Shown: one piece after another, positions 39,531 to 50,573 of the stretch
Layout of the letters: every line of letters starts with the position of its first letter
Position numbering within the stretch: position 1 is the stretch's first letter
Origin: Candidatus Poribacteria bacterium
GTDB lineage: Bacteria; Poribacteria; WGA-4E; PCPOR2b
Direction: 5' to 3'
Assembly (NCBI GenBank): GCA_965222435.1
Contig: OZ244950.1
Span: forward strand, 5,547,983 to 5,611,982
Length of the DNA: 64,000 bases
Notes under the pieces: generated by a model
What the model saw: only the letters and a program-made list of their open reading frames with translations
Told to the model about the DNA's origin: nothing
Databases searched by the model: none
Translations under genes and position numbers: made by a program

Positions 39531-41780
39531 TTAGGGATTCCACCAATAAGTCATCTTTCCGACAAATGTGGATTCCTCCAGTTTGGTGCTTGCACCGCTG
39601 CTGTCATAGATTTGATTGAAAACGAGGTAGAAATCGCTGCCGGGGCGGTAGATATAGTTGAGCAGAAAGCTGGTGGAAATCACGCCGCTATCGCTGTTCC
39701 ATTGGGCAAACAGTTTGGTAAAGAATCTTGTGGACAAGGAATAGCTCACACGCGTACCGAAAATGCTCGCATTGAATGAACCCTCTGGAAGGGAGACCCG
39801 ATTAAATTGAAAACCCGGCTCAAGACTAAAGTGCCCATTTGGTTTGAAGTCGAGTCCGATATCAAAACCGATCCTTTTCCCATCAAAGAAGCCTCCAAAA
39901 TCTGAATCTAACTGGAGGGACACGATTTTTGTATTGTCGGTGCTAATCGAAGCCCGGAAAGAATTGAAATGGTATTCGTCAACCGGAATCGTGATATCAT
40001 CTCGAATTTCAAAATCCTCCTCGAGGCGTTCAAAGGTTCGTTTTGCCTGAAAACCGCCCCAGACTCCGCCCTCTAGCTCAAACCAGTTCATGTATGTAAA
40101 CTCTCGGGTGGCTAGCTCATTATCTCGATTGAGGATGAAGTTAAAGTCCGGTCCCGCCCAGATTTGACGAATCCCAAATTTAGAAAGCACAGGGGTAAAG
40201 CGTACTTCACCGCGGAGGCGGCGGACATCCTGCCGCCGGACAAATCCGACTTCGGGGTGAAAATTCTCGCCGATATCTATGTATGAACCCTCCAAGCGTA
40301 AATTCTCATTCCGCCAATCGCCCCCAAAGTACAAAGCATCCCTTTGGTCTAACACACCATCTTCAAACGTACGAGCCCAAAGCCCACGTAGGTTGATATT
40401 ATCGGAAGGACGGTACGCAACGTCAAATCCACCCGCGCGGTTGTATGTGTCAGCGTTTTGTTTATTGACTGCAATCAGTCCAACAGTGGAACCCTTCAAG
40501 AGATCTCGCCTCATGCGTAGTACCGAGTAGTTTGTGCGCGGCTCATCAACGATTTCATCCGGATCGGTAACAGAGGCATCGGTGTGAAATTTATCCGTAA
40601 AAACATTTAACAGACCGATGCCGTAAGGTCCCACTTTGCCGGCAACCTTGCCGCCGGTAATAATCGGCACAGCATGTCCTTCGGCAAGACCGATGCGGCG
40701 GCTGTAAAAGAGAAGCAACGGAGGCGGTCGCTGAAAACTGGTGCGTGGGATACCGAAATCAAACAGTCCGGCACCTTCTAAGAAGAAAGGACGCTTCTCC
40801 GGAAAAAACAGACTGAAGCGGGTTAAGTTGACCTGTTCCTCATCGGCTTCGACCTGTGCGAAATCGGTGTTGAAGGTGAGATCGGCAGTCAGATTTGCGG
40901 TAAGCCCATACTTGGCATCAAGACCAACTTCAAACTCCCCGTTCGTGTCATCATCTGCCTCAATTCGACTCACGCCCGGCAAAACGTAAGGCAACAACTC
41001 TATATTCCGGGAGGGCGCAATTCCTTCCAACCCTACTAAACGACCGAGGTTGGCGGTGCGATATCTGGCTCGCCATCCATGTGCTCTGGAGACTGGCGTC
41101 CACATCCCCTCCTCCTGATTTCGCGTGAGGCCCCGTCCCACATTCATCCCCCACGTCATCACCTCGCTCCGATTGAAACGGAGTTGACTGAAGGGAATAC
41201 CAATCTCCGCTGTCCAGTACTTCTCATTGGCTTTTGTGCGACAGTCCCAGACGGCATCCCAGTTTTCGTTCCGACTGTCTCCGTTGTCCATTATAGCGAC
41301 ATCTTCCATTGCCCCCAACGGATTGACGCGGAAGAAAAATCCGCTCCGTTGATCGTCGTAGGTATCCAAAAGCACAAAGACATTGTCGTTGTCCCGTAAA
41401 TTTCCATCGCGGCGCATCTTGTTGGCAGCGACCTTGGAAATATCCGAGTCAAAACAGGTAAAACCGAAATAGATATTTTTCTCATCATAAAGAATGCGAA
41501 CATCTGTTGTCTCCGTCATCGGCTTGCCCTCGTCCGGTTCCATTTGGACAAACTTACTGATGCGCTTGGCGTTCTGCCAATCAGATTCAGTAAGATCGCC
41601 ATCAATCTCAATAGCTTGAAAGGTCCGATACGCTTCCGCTTTGTACTCTATAGCGTCCGGGTTCGCGTTCACAATCAGCGGAAATAACAAACAACAAATA
41701 GCTAGATAGAGAAACAACTCTCCGTTTTGCGGAATTCTACACGGTAGAAGTCGATTCCAAAAACTAAAGTAATAAGTCAT
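39531..41780 (-). CDS. CBM9-like/DUF5916-type secreted protein (family paralog 1 of 4)
   Basis: 749 aa. The N-terminal domain YKAEAYRTFQAIEIDGDLTESDWQNAKRISKFVQMEPDEG...ILYDEKNIYFGFTCFD matches the carbohydrate-binding family 9-like module. A long beta-rich C-terminal region ends in ...MTYWWNP, a C-terminus shared by all four paralogs. Confidence 0.7.
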   Translation of the reverse strand: MTYYFSFWNRLLPCRIPQNGELFLYLAICCLLFPLIVNANPDAIEYKAEAYRTFQAIEIDGDLTESDWQNAKRISKFVQMEPDEGKPMTETTDVRILYDEKNIYFGFTCFDSDISKVAANKMRRDGNLRDNDNVFVLLDTYDDQRSGFFFRVNPLGAMEDVAIMDNGDSRNENWDAVWDCRTKANEKYWTAEIGIPFSQLRFNRSEVMTWGMNVGRGLTRNQEEGMWTPVSRAHGWRARYRTANLGRLVGLEGIAPSRNIELLPYVLPGVSRIEADDDTNGEFEVGLDAKYGLTANLTADLTFNTDFAQVEADEEQVNLTRFSLFFPEKRPFFLEGAGLFDFGIPRTSFQRPPPLLLFYSRRIGLAEGHAVPIITGGKVAGKVGPYGIGLLNVFTDKFHTDASVTDPDEIVDEPRTNYSVLRMRRDLLKGSTVGLIAVNKQNADTYNRAGGFDVAYRPSDNINLRGLWARTFEDGVLDQRDALYFGGDWRNENLRLEGSYIDIGENFHPEVGFVRRQDVRRLRGEVRFTPVLSKFGIRQIWAGPDFNFILNRDNELATREFTYMNWFELEGGVWGGFQAKRTFERLEEDFEIRDDITIPVDEYHFNSFRASISTDNTKIVSLQLDSDFGGFFDGKRIGFDIGLDFKPNGHFSLEPGFQFNRVSLPEGSFNASIFGTRVSYSLSTRFFTKLFAQWNSDSGVISTSFLLNYIYRPGSDFYLVFNQIYDSSGASTKLEESTFVGKMTYWWNP

Positions 41781-41880
41781 AACTTGTCTTCCCTAACGAG
41801 TTCTAAGTTTCAGGCAAAGTTTTCCATGTGGAGGTTCAGGTTGCTTTGATTGTTCAAAGTACCAGTCACCATTCATCAAC

Positions 41881-42456
41881 CTATAGATGTCGCTGAATCT
41901 GATTAAAACTGTGCGAATCGAGTCTGTGATAGTCTGGGATATCGTACCGATTCCCACGGACATCTGTTACAAGCAGTCGGGCAGGTGGAAAATGTCTAAC
42001 GTTCTGATGAAGTCCCTGTACAGAGAACGTGATCTGTCCGCGCGATGTTTCAACCTCCCAGTCATGGATGCCGAATCGCTCCTTGACGCGGTGAACTTTC
42101 TGTATGATAGGTGTAAAGTATCTCTTATCAAGCTCCTCACGAAGGATTTCGAGGCTTTCGGAGTCGAGTCGTGATGGGTCTTCGATAATACCGATTTCCA
42201 CCTCCTCCCCAATCCCAAGTGAGATATAACGATCAGGGTCACTCAACGGGAGAATGCGACGCACTACCACGCGAGTGTAGCAGACCTCCTCTAGAATTTC
42301 CAGACGAGGAGCCCCCATCGGCGACCGGAACAGGCGTATCTTCTCCGGATCTAAGTATCGCGGTGTGAAGTCATTATCCTCAACCCCGATTGGGATTGGT
42401 GGACCCGATTCCAAAGCGGCGATACCTTTAGACATTGTTCCTTTTTCCGTGTTCAT
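41881..42456 (-). CDS. Hypothetical protein co-transcribed with the ABC exporter (2 nt gap); DUF1854-like by context
   Basis: 191 aa with no catalytic motifs. The ABC gene starts 2 nt downstream. Confidence 0.5.
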   Translation of the reverse strand: MNTEKGTMSKGIAALESGPPIPIGVEDNDFTPRYLDPEKIRLFRSPMGAPRLEILEEVCYTRVVVRRILPLSDPDRYISLGIGEEVEIGIIEDPSRLDSESLEILREELDKRYFTPIIQKVHRVKERFGIHDWEVETSRGQITFSVQGLHQNVRHFPPARLLVTDVRGNRYDIPDYHRLDSHSFNQIQRHL

Positions 42457-42458
42457 GT

Positions 42459-44768
42459 TTACCTCTCAACAGCCTGCGCCTCTGAGCGAATCTCGGAAGC
42501 CTGGCGTTGCGTCTCAACAAGGTTATAGTAAATTCCTTTCTTCTCCATCAATTCTTCATGCGATCCACATTCGACCCCCCGCCCCTTATCTATGACGAAA
42601 AGACGGTCCGCATTCCGCAGCGTGGAGAGTCGATGGGCAATGGCAAAAGTAGTTCGGTTCTGAACAAGCCGATCAATCGCCTGCTGGATTTTGCGTTCCG
42701 TCTGAACATCAACTGACGAGGTCGCTTCATCGAGAATCAGGATGCGCGGATTGTGTAGGATTGCCCGTGCAATCGATATCCGCTGTCGTTCCCCGCCGGA
42801 CAACCTACCACCCCGCTCGCCAACTTCCGTGTCATATCCATCAGGAAACTTCACAATAAACTCATGGGCGTTGGCAGCTTTCGCAGCAGTAATGACCGAT
42901 TCCATCTCCGCTCCCGGCTTTGCGTAGGCGATATTTTCCGCAATGGTCCCATTGAAAAGGTACGGTTCCTGGAGCACAACACCAATCTGCTGCCGCAGGT
43001 CATCGAGGCGAATTTTCGTTATATCCACATCATCAATGGTAATACTCCCCGAATCCGGTATATAAAACCGGCAAATTAGATTAATCAGTGTCGATTTGCC
43101 TGCCCCAGAATGCCCAACTAAGCCAATCATCTCACCCGGCTTGACGTGGAGGTTGATGTCTCGGAGGACAGGCGTATGCGAATCATAGCCAAAGGTCATA
43201 TTGTGGAATTTGACCTCTCCTTGGAGTTCCGATTTCGAGACAAGTGCACTGTCGTCTAACTGCTCCGGCTCGGAGTCGATGACCTCAAAGATCCGTTCCG
43301 CTGCTGTCATTGCCCGCGACGCCCAATTAACCATTGGACTCAGATGTCGTAACGGTCCGTAGAACATCGCCAAATAAAAGTGAAACGCCATCAACGTACC
43401 GAACGTCATTCCGTCGGTGAGAATCTGCAATCCTCCAGCATACCAGACGATAATCGTTCCTAACTGAACAGCAAACTGCAGCAACGGATAATAGGTTGCC
43501 CAAACCTTTTCGGCAACCGTGTCGTAATTGCGGGCATCCTCGTTCGTATAGGAAAACCGTCCGACCTCACTCTTCTGCTGACCAAACGCCCGAACAACAC
43601 GGATACCGGAGACCGAATCGTTCACAATATCGTACATCTTCGATCTTCGCCGCCACGCCCGATGCCAGAGTCCACGAACCTTCTTCCAGAACCACCTCGC
43701 GCCAAGAACTACCAATGGGATTGGAACTAGGATAAAGCACGCCAATCTCCAGTTCATCGAAAATAGGAAGGCACCAATGCCAAAGAGCATCAATAGGTCG
43801 ATAACAAGGAACTGGAGCCCATCTAACAGAAACCACTGTAGGCGCGTACTATCCTCTGTGATATGGGAGATAACAGTCCCTGTCTTGCGCTTATCGAAGA
43901 ACCGGAGCGAAAGCCCGTGCAATCGCTCATAAATCTGGTCACGGATGTCTGCTATCATGCGGAAGGTCAACCACGCAGCCAAACGCCCACGAAAAATATC
44001 AAGGATATGGGTGAGGATATGCGCTACCACGAGACAACCGACGGCAACCGTCAACGCAAGTGCTGCTGTCTCAAACGACCGAAAGAATTGACTCACCGCC
44101 GTTTTTGCAGCACCTTGCGCTGCTGCGAGGTCTTCGTTTAACTTCAACACATCGTCAATGAGGATCTTTGTAAAATAGGGAGGTATGAGCGCGATCAGTG
44201 TTGAGACAAGCATGAGCAACACCACCACAGCCGCCCGCTTCTTATGTGGCTTGAGATAGGAGAGAATGCGCAGCATAACACGATGCTTCTTGGTGCACGC
44301 CGGACACGGCAAAAACACATCGGGCAGTGGCAAGCCACATGTCTTGCAGAACTTCTGCTCCTCTTCGTATTCCCACATCGGCGTTTCGTCGCGTTTCCCT
44401 TGACGGTGCTCGATCTCTTCACTGAGAAATTTCGCTATATATCCGAACTTCGGCATCAGACCGTTTGAGTAACGGATGAGATCGAGGGCATCTCCCATCA
44501 TCTCCAGAACGAGAATTCCTCCGTCAACGACTGCTTCCGAACGCACCTCTACCACTTCGCTATATAGCACGCGATGGAGCACAACGCCTCCCGCATCAAG
44601 TGCCAAGATCTCTGTATCGGTCAGGACGAACCAGCTCTCACCAAACAGACCATCGGGATTGAGATCACTCTGTGCGGCGAATCTTACCTTGTCTAAAGAA
44701 ATGTCTGTTGCCTTTAAAGCTGTTTCTATTGAGGGGGGTAATGTATCTAACATCTCTTGATATGCCAA
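42459..44768 (-). CDS. ABC transporter permease/ATP-binding fusion (exporter type) with N-terminal cytoplasmic PH-like domain and CxxC...CxxC zinc ribbon
   Basis: The six-TM ABC exporter domain is followed by the NBD (Walker A GHSGAGKST, signature LSGGERQRISIARAIL, Walker B ILILDEATS). The N-terminal 190 aa extension contains FVLTDTEILALDAGGVVLHR, which looks like a bacterial PH domain, and CKTCGLPLPDVFLPCPAC. Confidence 0.85.
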   Translation of the reverse strand: MAYQEMLDTLPPSIETALKATDISLDKVRFAAQSDLNPDGLFGESWFVLTDTEILALDAGGVVLHRVLYSEVVEVRSEAVVDGGILVLEMMGDALDLIRYSNGLMPKFGYIAKFLSEEIEHRQGKRDETPMWEYEEEQKFCKTCGLPLPDVFLPCPACTKKHRVMLRILSYLKPHKKRAAVVVLLMLVSTLIALIPPYFTKILIDDVLKLNEDLAAAQGAAKTAVSQFFRSFETAALALTVAVGCLVVAHILTHILDIFRGRLAAWLTFRMIADIRDQIYERLHGLSLRFFDKRKTGTVISHITEDSTRLQWFLLDGLQFLVIDLLMLFGIGAFLFSMNWRLACFILVPIPLVVLGARWFWKKVRGLWHRAWRRRSKMYDIVNDSVSGIRVVRAFGQQKSEVGRFSYTNEDARNYDTVAEKVWATYYPLLQFAVQLGTIIVWYAGGLQILTDGMTFGTLMAFHFYLAMFYGPLRHLSPMVNWASRAMTAAERIFEVIDSEPEQLDDSALVSKSELQGEVKFHNMTFGYDSHTPVLRDINLHVKPGEMIGLVGHSGAGKSTLINLICRFYIPDSGSITIDDVDITKIRLDDLRQQIGVVLQEPYLFNGTIAENIAYAKPGAEMESVITAAKAANAHEFIVKFPDGYDTEVGERGGRLSGGERQRISIARAILHNPRILILDEATSSVDVQTERKIQQAIDRLVQNRTTFAIAHRLSTLRNADRLFVIDKGRGVECGSHEELMEKKGIYYNLVETQRQASEIRSEAQAVER

Positions 44769-44830
44769 CGGTATTAGTTTCTCCTAAGGGTGGATTTGTT
44801 GTAGATGCTAAGTAAAAGAAAACCGAAATC

Positions 44831-45853
44831 TTAAGCCGCTTGCGGCATTTGAACGACGAGTCCTCCGAACAACCTCGGATAATCGGCTACCTTTTGCCAA
44901 CTTAGACCCCAATCATCGGTCTGGTATAGGGTGGTATCGTTTACGACTACCAATGCATTCGCCCCACTAACGGTAATAATCTGAAAGGTGTCGATATTCT
45001 CACCGATCTGTTCTGGTAGACCATTGACCAACGCCCAATTTTCGCCTGCGTCAGCACTACGGTAAAGTTGGGCATCTACCCTGCTGTGGGGACCTCGTGA
45101 TGTGGAAACTAGATATACATCGCTTTCAGGAAAGCAAGCGCATGCCCGTTGATAATAGTAGGGCATACCACTCCGCTGGTGCGCAAACGTATCACCATAA
45201 TCTCTACTGAGATAGAACCCGCGAGCGGTCGCAGCGAAGACTATCGCCGGATCGGTTGGGTGCGTAGCGACCTGATGCACATCCATCTCCAACCCTTCCT
45301 GAAGATTTGCCCACGTCTTTCCACCGTCGCGCGAGCGAACAACCCAACCGACATGAATGTTCGCGTAGATGGTCCCATCCGTGGAGACCGCCAAAGAGCG
45401 TACATCCGGCGGTCCACCCCACGGCGTTTTCCAGAGCTTGCGTTCTGGCACCGCGTCAAAACCGTCGATAAAATTCAACTCGCCATCGGCAACCCATGCG
45501 AGCCGAGCGCGCTCCGTGCCCACGAGTAGCCGATCGTCGGACGTCCAACACACGCAGTTCAGGGTGATATCCGTTGATACCTGCTGATCCCACACCCCCG
45601 AAGTATACGTCCAAACCTCATGGTCGTTAGCAATAACAGATAACCGATCTTGCCCCACATCTCCCGCAATGACCGATGCAGGCTGAAATGGAGCATCGTT
45701 AATCGGTTCGCCGTTGAAATCTAATATGCCCGTTTCTGAAAGTAGCCAAACAGTCTCTTGGCTCATGGGTAATGCTCCTTTCTCGAAATATGTTAGTTCA
45801 TTAGTACATTCGTTCATTAATGCACCAATGTTCCACCTTACGGATTCCACCAA
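44831..45853 (-). CDS. BNR/Asp-box repeat beta-propeller protein (sialidase-like / Ycf48-like)
   Basis: Asp-box motifs SRDGGKTW, SRDYGDTF and TDDWGLSW. 340 aa. Confidence 0.7.
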   Translation of the reverse strand: MVESVRWNIGALMNECTNELTYFEKGALPMSQETVWLLSETGILDFNGEPINDAPFQPASVIAGDVGQDRLSVIANDHEVWTYTSGVWDQQVSTDITLNCVCWTSDDRLLVGTERARLAWVADGELNFIDGFDAVPERKLWKTPWGGPPDVRSLAVSTDGTIYANIHVGWVVRSRDGGKTWANLQEGLEMDVHQVATHPTDPAIVFAATARGFYLSRDYGDTFAHQRSGMPYYYQRACACFPESDVYLVSTSRGPHSRVDAQLYRSADAGENWALVNGLPEQIGENIDTFQIITVSGANALVVVNDTTLYQTDDWGLSWQKVADYPRLFGGLVVQMPQAA

Positions 45854-48096
45854 TACGTCAGCTTTCCAACAAGTGTAGATTCGTCAAGATTCACACCCCC
45901 GCCGTTACCGTCATAAATCTGGTTGAAAACAAGGTAGAAGTCACTGCCGGGGCGATAGATGTAGTTGAGCAGAAAGTTGGTGGAGACCACATTATCGTCG
46001 CTGTTCCACTGGGCAAACAGTTTCGCAAAGAGTTGGGTCGAGAAGGAATAGGCGAAGCGACCTCCAAACACATTTACATTGAAGGGGTCTTCCCCGGGGA
46101 GGGTTACCCGGTTAAATTGATATTCAGATTCAAGGGCGAAACGTCCGCTCGGCTTGAAGGTCGCCCCGATGTCAAAACCGCGCCTATTGCCGTTGTAGAA
46201 CTGACCAAAATCCACATCAAATTCCGCAGCAAGCATTTTACTTTCATCGGTCTGAATCCCTGCCCTAGCAGATGTAAAACTATACTCATCAATGGGTATG
46301 ATGACACCATCTCGGATTTCAAAATCCTCGTCAAGGTGTTCAGCAGTCTGCCGCACCTCAAATTGTAAGCGACCACCTCTTTCCAGTTCAAACCAGTTGC
46401 TGTAGCGGATGGAACGGGTCTCTAAGTCGCCGTCCCGATTGAGGACAAGATCAAATTCCGGACCCGTCCAGATACGGCGAATCCCAAATTTTCTGGGCCA
46501 AGGGGTAAAACGCATGTCACTCCGGATTTGACGCATACCCTTCCGCCGGATGTATCCAACTTCAGGGTTGAAGTCCTCACCAATGTCCGTGTATGAACCA
46601 CCTACTCGAAATAGGTCATTCCGCCAACGGCTGCCGATATACCACGCATCGCCGCTCCCATCTGCCTCATCCGAATCGGAAGTATACGCCCACAGCCCGC
46701 GCACATCAAAATTGTCTACCGGACGGTATGAAAAATCGAATCCGCCGGCGCGATTGTAGGCATCTCCATCTTGCTTATTGATACCGATTAACCCGATGCG
46801 TGAGCCACTGAAAAGGTCCCGCGTCAGCCTTAGCACGGAGTAATTTGCCCGGGACACATCAATAATACCGTCTGCATCCGTAACCGATGGACCGGTGTAA
46901 AAGTTATTCGTCAATACATTCAGCATACCGACGCCATAAGGTCCCATTTTGCCCGTGATCTTACCACCTGTGAGAATCGGGATGGCACGCCCCTCTTCAA
47001 GACCGATGCGGCGGCTATAAAACAGAAGCAACGGCGGTGGACGGCGGAAGCTGGTACGACCAATGCCGAAATCAAACAACCCTGCTCCTTCTAAAAAGAA
47101 CGGGCGCTTCTCAGGAAAGAATAGGCTGAAACGGGAGAGGTTGACCTGTTCTTCGTCAGCTTCAACCTGGGCAAAGTCGGTGTTAAAGGTCAGATCTGCG
47201 GTAAGATTGGAGTTGATACCGTACTTGAGGTCCAAGCCGATATCGAATACCCCATTGGTGTTCCCATCTTCTTCGGTACGACTCATCCCCGGCAAAACAT
47301 AAGGCAGCAGTTCCAGACGCCGAGATGGGGCAATCCCTTCTAAACCAGTAAGGCTGCCGAGATTACCGAGGCGGTACTTCGCCATCCCCCCATACTGCCT
47401 AGGCACCGGCACCCATATCGCTTCCTCATTGTTCTTACGGACCCCCCGTCCCACATTCATTCCCCAAGTCATCCTGTCACTTTTATCAAAACGGAGTTGG
47501 CTGAATGGAATGCCGAGTTCGGCTGTCCAGTGGTCCCCATTGATCTTCGCCTGACATGCGACAACCGCATCCCAACTCCGATTCAAGCTGTCTCCACCAT
47601 TCGTTACGGCTCTGTCTTGGTATGCCCCCAGCGGATTGATGCGGAAGGAAAACCCGTTGCGCTGATCATTATAAGTGTCTAATATCAGAAAGACATTGTC
47701 ATTTTCATGTAGGTCTTGCGCGTCATGACGCATGTCGTTGGCAACCAGTTTTGACATCTGTGATTCAAAACAGGTAAAACCGAAGTAGATATTCTTGTCA
47801 TCGTACAGGATGCGGACTTCCATCGGTTCGCTTATCGACTCACCTTCATCGGGCTCAATTTGGAAAAACCGATCAATCGGACTCGCGTGTTGCCAGTCAG
47901 TCTCATTGAAATCCCCATCGATCTCAACGCTCTGAAACGTTCGGTATGCTTCAATCTCGTACTCCATGGGACCAAGGTCAGCATCCACAGTGAGTGAAAA
48001 TAACAAACAACAGATGGCTAACAGAAAAAAAGATCTGCCGTGTCGCAGAATGTTACCACCTGAAAACTGACACCAAAAATTGAGGGTATAAATCAC
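45838..48096 (-). CDS. CBM9-like/DUF5916-type secreted protein (paralog 2)
   Basis: Colinear with paralog 1 along its full length. GTG start with AAAGGAG 7 nt upstream. Confidence 0.7.
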   Translation of the reverse strand: MIYTLNFWCQFSGGNILRHGRSFFLLAICCLLFSLTVDADLGPMEYEIEAYRTFQSVEIDGDFNETDWQHASPIDRFFQIEPDEGESISEPMEVRILYDDKNIYFGFTCFESQMSKLVANDMRHDAQDLHENDNVFLILDTYNDQRNGFSFRINPLGAYQDRAVTNGGDSLNRSWDAVVACQAKINGDHWTAELGIPFSQLRFDKSDRMTWGMNVGRGVRKNNEEAIWVPVPRQYGGMAKYRLGNLGSLTGLEGIAPSRRLELLPYVLPGMSRTEEDGNTNGVFDIGLDLKYGINSNLTADLTFNTDFAQVEADEEQVNLSRFSLFFPEKRPFFLEGAGLFDFGIGRTSFRRPPPLLLFYSRRIGLEEGRAIPILTGGKITGKMGPYGVGMLNVLTNNFYTGPSVTDADGIIDVSRANYSVLRLTRDLFSGSRIGLIGINKQDGDAYNRAGGFDFSYRPVDNFDVRGLWAYTSDSDEADGSGDAWYIGSRWRNDLFRVGGSYTDIGEDFNPEVGYIRRKGMRQIRSDMRFTPWPRKFGIRRIWTGPEFDLVLNRDGDLETRSIRYSNWFELERGGRLQFEVRQTAEHLDEDFEIRDGVIIPIDEYSFTSARAGIQTDESKMLAAEFDVDFGQFYNGNRRGFDIGATFKPSGRFALESEYQFNRVTLPGEDPFNVNVFGGRFAYSFSTQLFAKLFAQWNSDDNVVSTNFLLNYIYRPGSDFYLVFNQIYDGNGGGVNLDESTLVGKLTYWWNP

Positions 48097-48272
48097 AAAC
48101 GGTCTCCTTTCAAAATGTCTCTATATCTGAGCAATGTGTCTGTTTTGAGCCTACCGAGAAAGGCTCAAGGTGGCGATGTAATCATACTAAGCCTATCAGG
48201 AGTCTCAAGCCGCTCGGTTAGAACGTAGCCTACTGATCATACGCTTCACGTCTTACGTTTCATGTTTCACGT

Positions 48273-50519
48273 CTACGGATTCCACCAGTAAGTCATTTTT
48301 GCGACAACTGTGGATTCGTCAAGTGCTGTTTTTGTACCGCCAGTATCATAAATCTGATTGAAAACGAGGTAAAAATCGCTGCCGGGACGGTAGATGTAAT
48401 TCAGCAGAACGTTGGTAACGACGATGTCATCGTCGCTGTTCCATTGCGTGAATATTTTCGCAAAAAGCGTTGTCGAAAAGGAGTACCCTACACGGGCACC
48501 GAAAATGCTCGCATTAAAGGCGTCTTGGGGAAGCGTTACACGGTTAAACTGAAATATAGGTTCAACATTCAAACGTCCGTTCGGTTTGAAACCCGCATTG
48601 AGGGTAAATCCCCACCTGCTTCCATTGTAGAAGTTGCCAAAATTCACACTATACTGCCCTGTGAGTGCTTTCGTATCATCGGTGGAACCTCTAATCATCA
48701 TTTCAGTGAAACTGTATTCGCCCGGAGGGATAATAATGCCCGATCGGATTTCAAAATCTTCGTCGAGGTATTCTGTGGTTCGTTTAGGTAGAAAGCCAAT
48801 GTAGCTTCCGCTTTCAAACCGAAAATAGTTAGTCAATGTGATCTCTTGAGTTTCCAACTGGTTATCTTGATTGAGGATAAAATCAAACTCCGGTCCTGTA
48901 TAGATTTGGCGAACCCCAAATTTGCCGAGCCGAGGACTATAGCGCATTTGACTGTTGATTCGACGGATTCCCTCTCGCCGGATAAATCCGACCTCGGGGT
49001 TAAAGTTCTCACCGATGCCAGTATATGAACCCTCCAAGCGAAGATCCCTGTTCCGCCAGGTGCTGCCGAAGTACAAGGCGTTGTTTTGACCGGAGACATC
49101 TGCTTCAAACGTGCGAGCCCAGAGTCCACGTATATCAAGGCTATCGGTTGGGCGATACGTGAAGTCAAGTCCGCTTGCTCGGTTATATGTGTCAGCATCT
49201 TGCTTGTTTATGCCGATTAACCCGATGCGTGAGCCACTGAAAATATCCCGTGTCAACCTTAGCACAGAATAGTTTGTCCGGGACACATCAACAATACCGT
49301 TCGCATCCGTAACCGATGGACCAGTGTGAAAGTTATTCGTCAACACATTCAGCATACCGATGCCGTAGGGTCCGGCTTTGCCGGTAATCTTGCCCCCACC
49401 GATAATCGGGACAGCACGTCCTTCTTCAAGACCGATGCGGCGGCTATAAAACAGAAGCAACGGCGGTGGACGGCGGAAACTGGTGCGGGGAATACCAAAA
49501 TCAAACAGCCCCGCCCCTTCTAAGAAGAATGGACGTTTCTCCGGGAAAAACAGGCTGAAACGGGTGAGGTTGACCTGCTCCTGATCCGCCTCGACTTGGG
49601 CAAAATCAGTGTTATAGGTCAGATCAGCGGTAAGATTCGAGGTGATGCCGTACTTGAGGTCCAAACCATAGCCCAATACCCCTTCGGTTTTCTTCCCTTC
49701 TTCGGTATGATTCAACCCCGGTAGGAAATAGGGCAGCAGTTCCAGATTCCGAGGGGGAGTAATTCCTTTCAAACCAACCAAATTGCCGATGACGTCGGTG
49801 CGATATCTCGCAAAGAACCCATGTGCTTTGGAAAGCGGTGCCCATGTCGCGTCCTCTTGGTTTCGCATGAGGCTTCGTCCCAAATTCAGCCCCCAAGTCA
49901 TCTCCTCGCTCTTACTGAAACGGAGTTGGCTGAAAGGAATACTTATCTCCGCTGTCCAATGGTCAGCATTGATTTTAGTACGACATGTCCAGATCGCATC
50001 CCAAGCCTGATTTCGACTCTCTCCGCTGTTTATTAAAGCTATGTCTTCCTTTGCTCCCAGCGGATTGACACGGAAGTAAAATCCGTTCCGTCGATCGTTA
50101 TAGGTATCCAGAAGGATAGAAACATGGTCATTTTCACGCAACCCGTTCTGACCGCTGCCATCGCGGCGCATCTCGTTGGCAACCATTTTCGAGATATCCG
50201 TATCATAACAGGTAAACCCGAAGTAGATCTCTTCAGCATCATAAAGAATGCGTACCTCTGTGGGTTGTGAGATTAGCTCTCCCTCGGCAGGTTCATATTG
50301 GATGAGTTGCGTGATGGATTGTGCATTCTGCCAGTCTTCCTCGTTGAACTCTCCATCAATCTCAATGCTCTGATAAGTTCGGTATGCCTCGACTTGGTAC
50401 TCCATACGCTCCGGATCTGCACTCACAATGAGCGGGAACAGCAGGCAGCACATAGACAGAATAAAAAAAGATTTTCCACACCGCGACGTTGTGAGCACTC
50501 TGCTGAAATGGCAAATCAT
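48273..50519 (-). CDS. CBM9-like/DUF5916-type secreted protein (paralog 3)
   Basis: Colinear with paralogs 1 and 2 and has the same C-terminal YWWNP. Confidence 0.7.
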   Translation of the reverse strand: MICHFSRVLTTSRCGKSFFILSMCCLLFPLIVSADPERMEYQVEAYRTYQSIEIDGEFNEEDWQNAQSITQLIQYEPAEGELISQPTEVRILYDAEEIYFGFTCYDTDISKMVANEMRRDGSGQNGLRENDHVSILLDTYNDRRNGFYFRVNPLGAKEDIALINSGESRNQAWDAIWTCRTKINADHWTAEISIPFSQLRFSKSEEMTWGLNLGRSLMRNQEDATWAPLSKAHGFFARYRTDVIGNLVGLKGITPPRNLELLPYFLPGLNHTEEGKKTEGVLGYGLDLKYGITSNLTADLTYNTDFAQVEADQEQVNLTRFSLFFPEKRPFFLEGAGLFDFGIPRTSFRRPPPLLLFYSRRIGLEEGRAVPIIGGGKITGKAGPYGIGMLNVLTNNFHTGPSVTDANGIVDVSRTNYSVLRLTRDIFSGSRIGLIGINKQDADTYNRASGLDFTYRPTDSLDIRGLWARTFEADVSGQNNALYFGSTWRNRDLRLEGSYTGIGENFNPEVGFIRREGIRRINSQMRYSPRLGKFGVRQIYTGPEFDFILNQDNQLETQEITLTNYFRFESGSYIGFLPKRTTEYLDEDFEIRSGIIIPPGEYSFTEMMIRGSTDDTKALTGQYSVNFGNFYNGSRWGFTLNAGFKPNGRLNVEPIFQFNRVTLPQDAFNASIFGARVGYSFSTTLFAKIFTQWNSDDDIVVTNVLLNYIYRPGSDFYLVFNQIYDTGGTKTALDESTVVAKMTYWWNP

Positions 50520-50573
50520 AGACGACCTCCTTTAAGAAAATCAATATCTTAAAAACATGCCATATTTCACGGG

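Noticed and set aside
48140-48170. Hairpin TGAGCCT-ttctcggt-AGGCTCA between DUF5916-type paralogs 2 and 3 as an intrinsic terminator
   Set aside because: The stem is only 7 bp and there is no U-tract on the coding (minus) strand after it.
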